DNA of 64,000 nt from the human T2T-CHM13v2.0 reference genome, Homo sapiens: the NCBI RefSeq assembly GCF_009914755.1, contig NC_060929.1, one strand, 5' to 3'. Shown here piece by piece: positions 62,231-64,000 of the stretch. The position numbers were made by a program, and so were the translations under genes. The notes under the pieces are model-generated. The model made no database searches. It was given only the letters and a program-made list of their open reading frames with translations, and was not told the origin of the DNA. Positions within the stretch are counted from its first letter, which is position 1; each line of letters opens with the position of its first letter.

Positions 62231-64000
62231 TATGAAAAACAAATTCATAAATACTAGACTGAAAACAATCTTAGTGTTTTGAATCTAAAACAATCTTTCT
62301 CTTATCAAGACATGTGGTACTTGGGCCACATAGGTGGATTTTAGCCCTGTATCTTCAAAGTTTCATAGGCTAAATTTCTAGTAAAAGTAGGTTATTCAAG
62401 CAGAAATAATAGAGCATAAATAAAAGATATCAGAACTGCAGGTGTGAATCTTGGAGTCAAATACCATGCAGTGAAAAGCAGATGCTCTCATGAAACCGTG
62501 GAGAAGGTTGTTTCAAGAAGTGAAGCTGAAGAACAAGGTGGGCAGCAGTGGCTGCAATTGGGGCCCTGTTAAGCTGTCAGACATTGGGAAAGTTGACAGT
62601 GGTATACAACACTATAAATTTCAATCAGTACCAAGAGGTCACATCCACATCCCAGAATAAAGAAGAAGAAGAAAACAAAAAGACCTAACATTTTAGAGGA
62701 GGAAACCTATTGCCAATTATAGGGAATCTCTTCCTCCAATCACATAATTTCATTCCCAGGTAAAGATAATATCCTAAATATCTAGTTAAAGTGAAGCCTG
62801 ATAAGAGGGATAGAGGTAGAGTATAAGATATATTAATACAAACTGTATAGAATGAGTGCTAACACATTAGAAAGATAGTGAGAAGACAATTATTGAATAT
62901 AGCTGGTTTTAAGATAATATTATCATGTAATTTTGTTTTATAAGCAATCATTTTAGACATAATTGAAGAAACAATAATTGCAATGTGTTTTGTTAAGCCT
63001 AGCCTAACATTTCTCTCATTCAGCCTTTATTGTCTGCATTCTAAGGCACATTCCAGAAAAAATAATATTGCTATAGAAAACTGTAAATGATGAGCATGAA
63101 CAATGAAATTCAAGCTGCTTTTAAGTATTCATGCTAAACAGATATACTGTCATTCAGCTAAAAAGGGAAACATGTTCTTGTTTATAATAACTTTCCAAAA
63201 GAATCTGATGATATCTAACCTCATGCCATTTTCAATAAATTGTAAAATAATAATATGATCCCTAAGAACCCTGAAAGTGATATTTGTAAGGTGGGAATCT
63301 TCATGAAAATAAAAAGAAATAAAGTCCACAAGTGCAAATACTTAAATTGATACTTAAATTAAGAGAGAATAAACATCTTAAATCCTGGAGAAAAAATTTC
63401 AGATTGATTAATATCAAATCACAATTATTCAAAGAATTAAGTTAACAAAAATGCAAATTTTATAATATTTTATCAAGTACACATACAATCTACCTAAAAT
63501 ATAAACCACCTAATTTTGTAATATTGTGCTCTTTTTAACATTTATATGTATATAAACATTGCATTTAATTTTATATTTTCCTGTTTATGACAAGTTATTG
63601 CAACAATTTGTGTAAGAGGACATAGTGTCTGAATCCAATCTTCCTTCACTTTCCGAAGGCCAATCTTTTAGAGAGAAGAGAGGCTGGTACAAATGGATAT
63701 ACAGAGTTTCTTCTGTATGTTGCTGGATATATATTTAATTTCTCAATTTCCCTAGAAATCATACCACTGTAAATATCAGGCTTTTAAAAACATACTGGAC
63801 TTTGAAGGGACTGTTTTTATCTAAATAGCATGTTACATTGGATACCTACTGTGAATGCTGTATTTTGCTTTTATGTTTGATCATTCATTTACTATTTCCT
63901 TCTCTAAACATGAAAGTGGACATATTTCCATGCTAATAATGAAATGTTACCCACATTATTTGGTTAGGAAAACTTTTCCTGCATCCAGTGAACAAACTCA

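Overview
Human genomic DNA; human-specific AluYa5 and AluYb7/8 insertions are present. AT-rich, gene-poor flanks (1-8.5 kb and 35.8-64 kb) are filled with L1, MaLR/ERV and Alu relics. Between them lies a ~27 kb mosaic block (8526-~35760) that looks like a transposed segmental-duplication cassette of the GUSB-pseudogene/SMA type. The block holds (i) an unprocessed, disabled GUSB fragment (exons 5-9, minus strand), (ii) a THE1 MaLR element and (iii) an intronless POM121-derived sequence. Instead of decaying, the POM121 copy has become a 4.7 kb uninterrupted ORF (1564 aa from ATG 22797) built from in-frame tandem duplications (324, 945 and 819 bp units). It ends in a hydrophobic tail encoded by a T31 tract, with AATAAA 65 nt downstream of the stop. 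Several module junctions show template-switch scars: a 17 bp tandem copy, a 10 bp inversion and a 15 bp fold-back. Repeat subfamily names and protein comparisons come from recalled consensus sequences, not from searches. Repeat boundaries are approximate unless TSDs are quoted.
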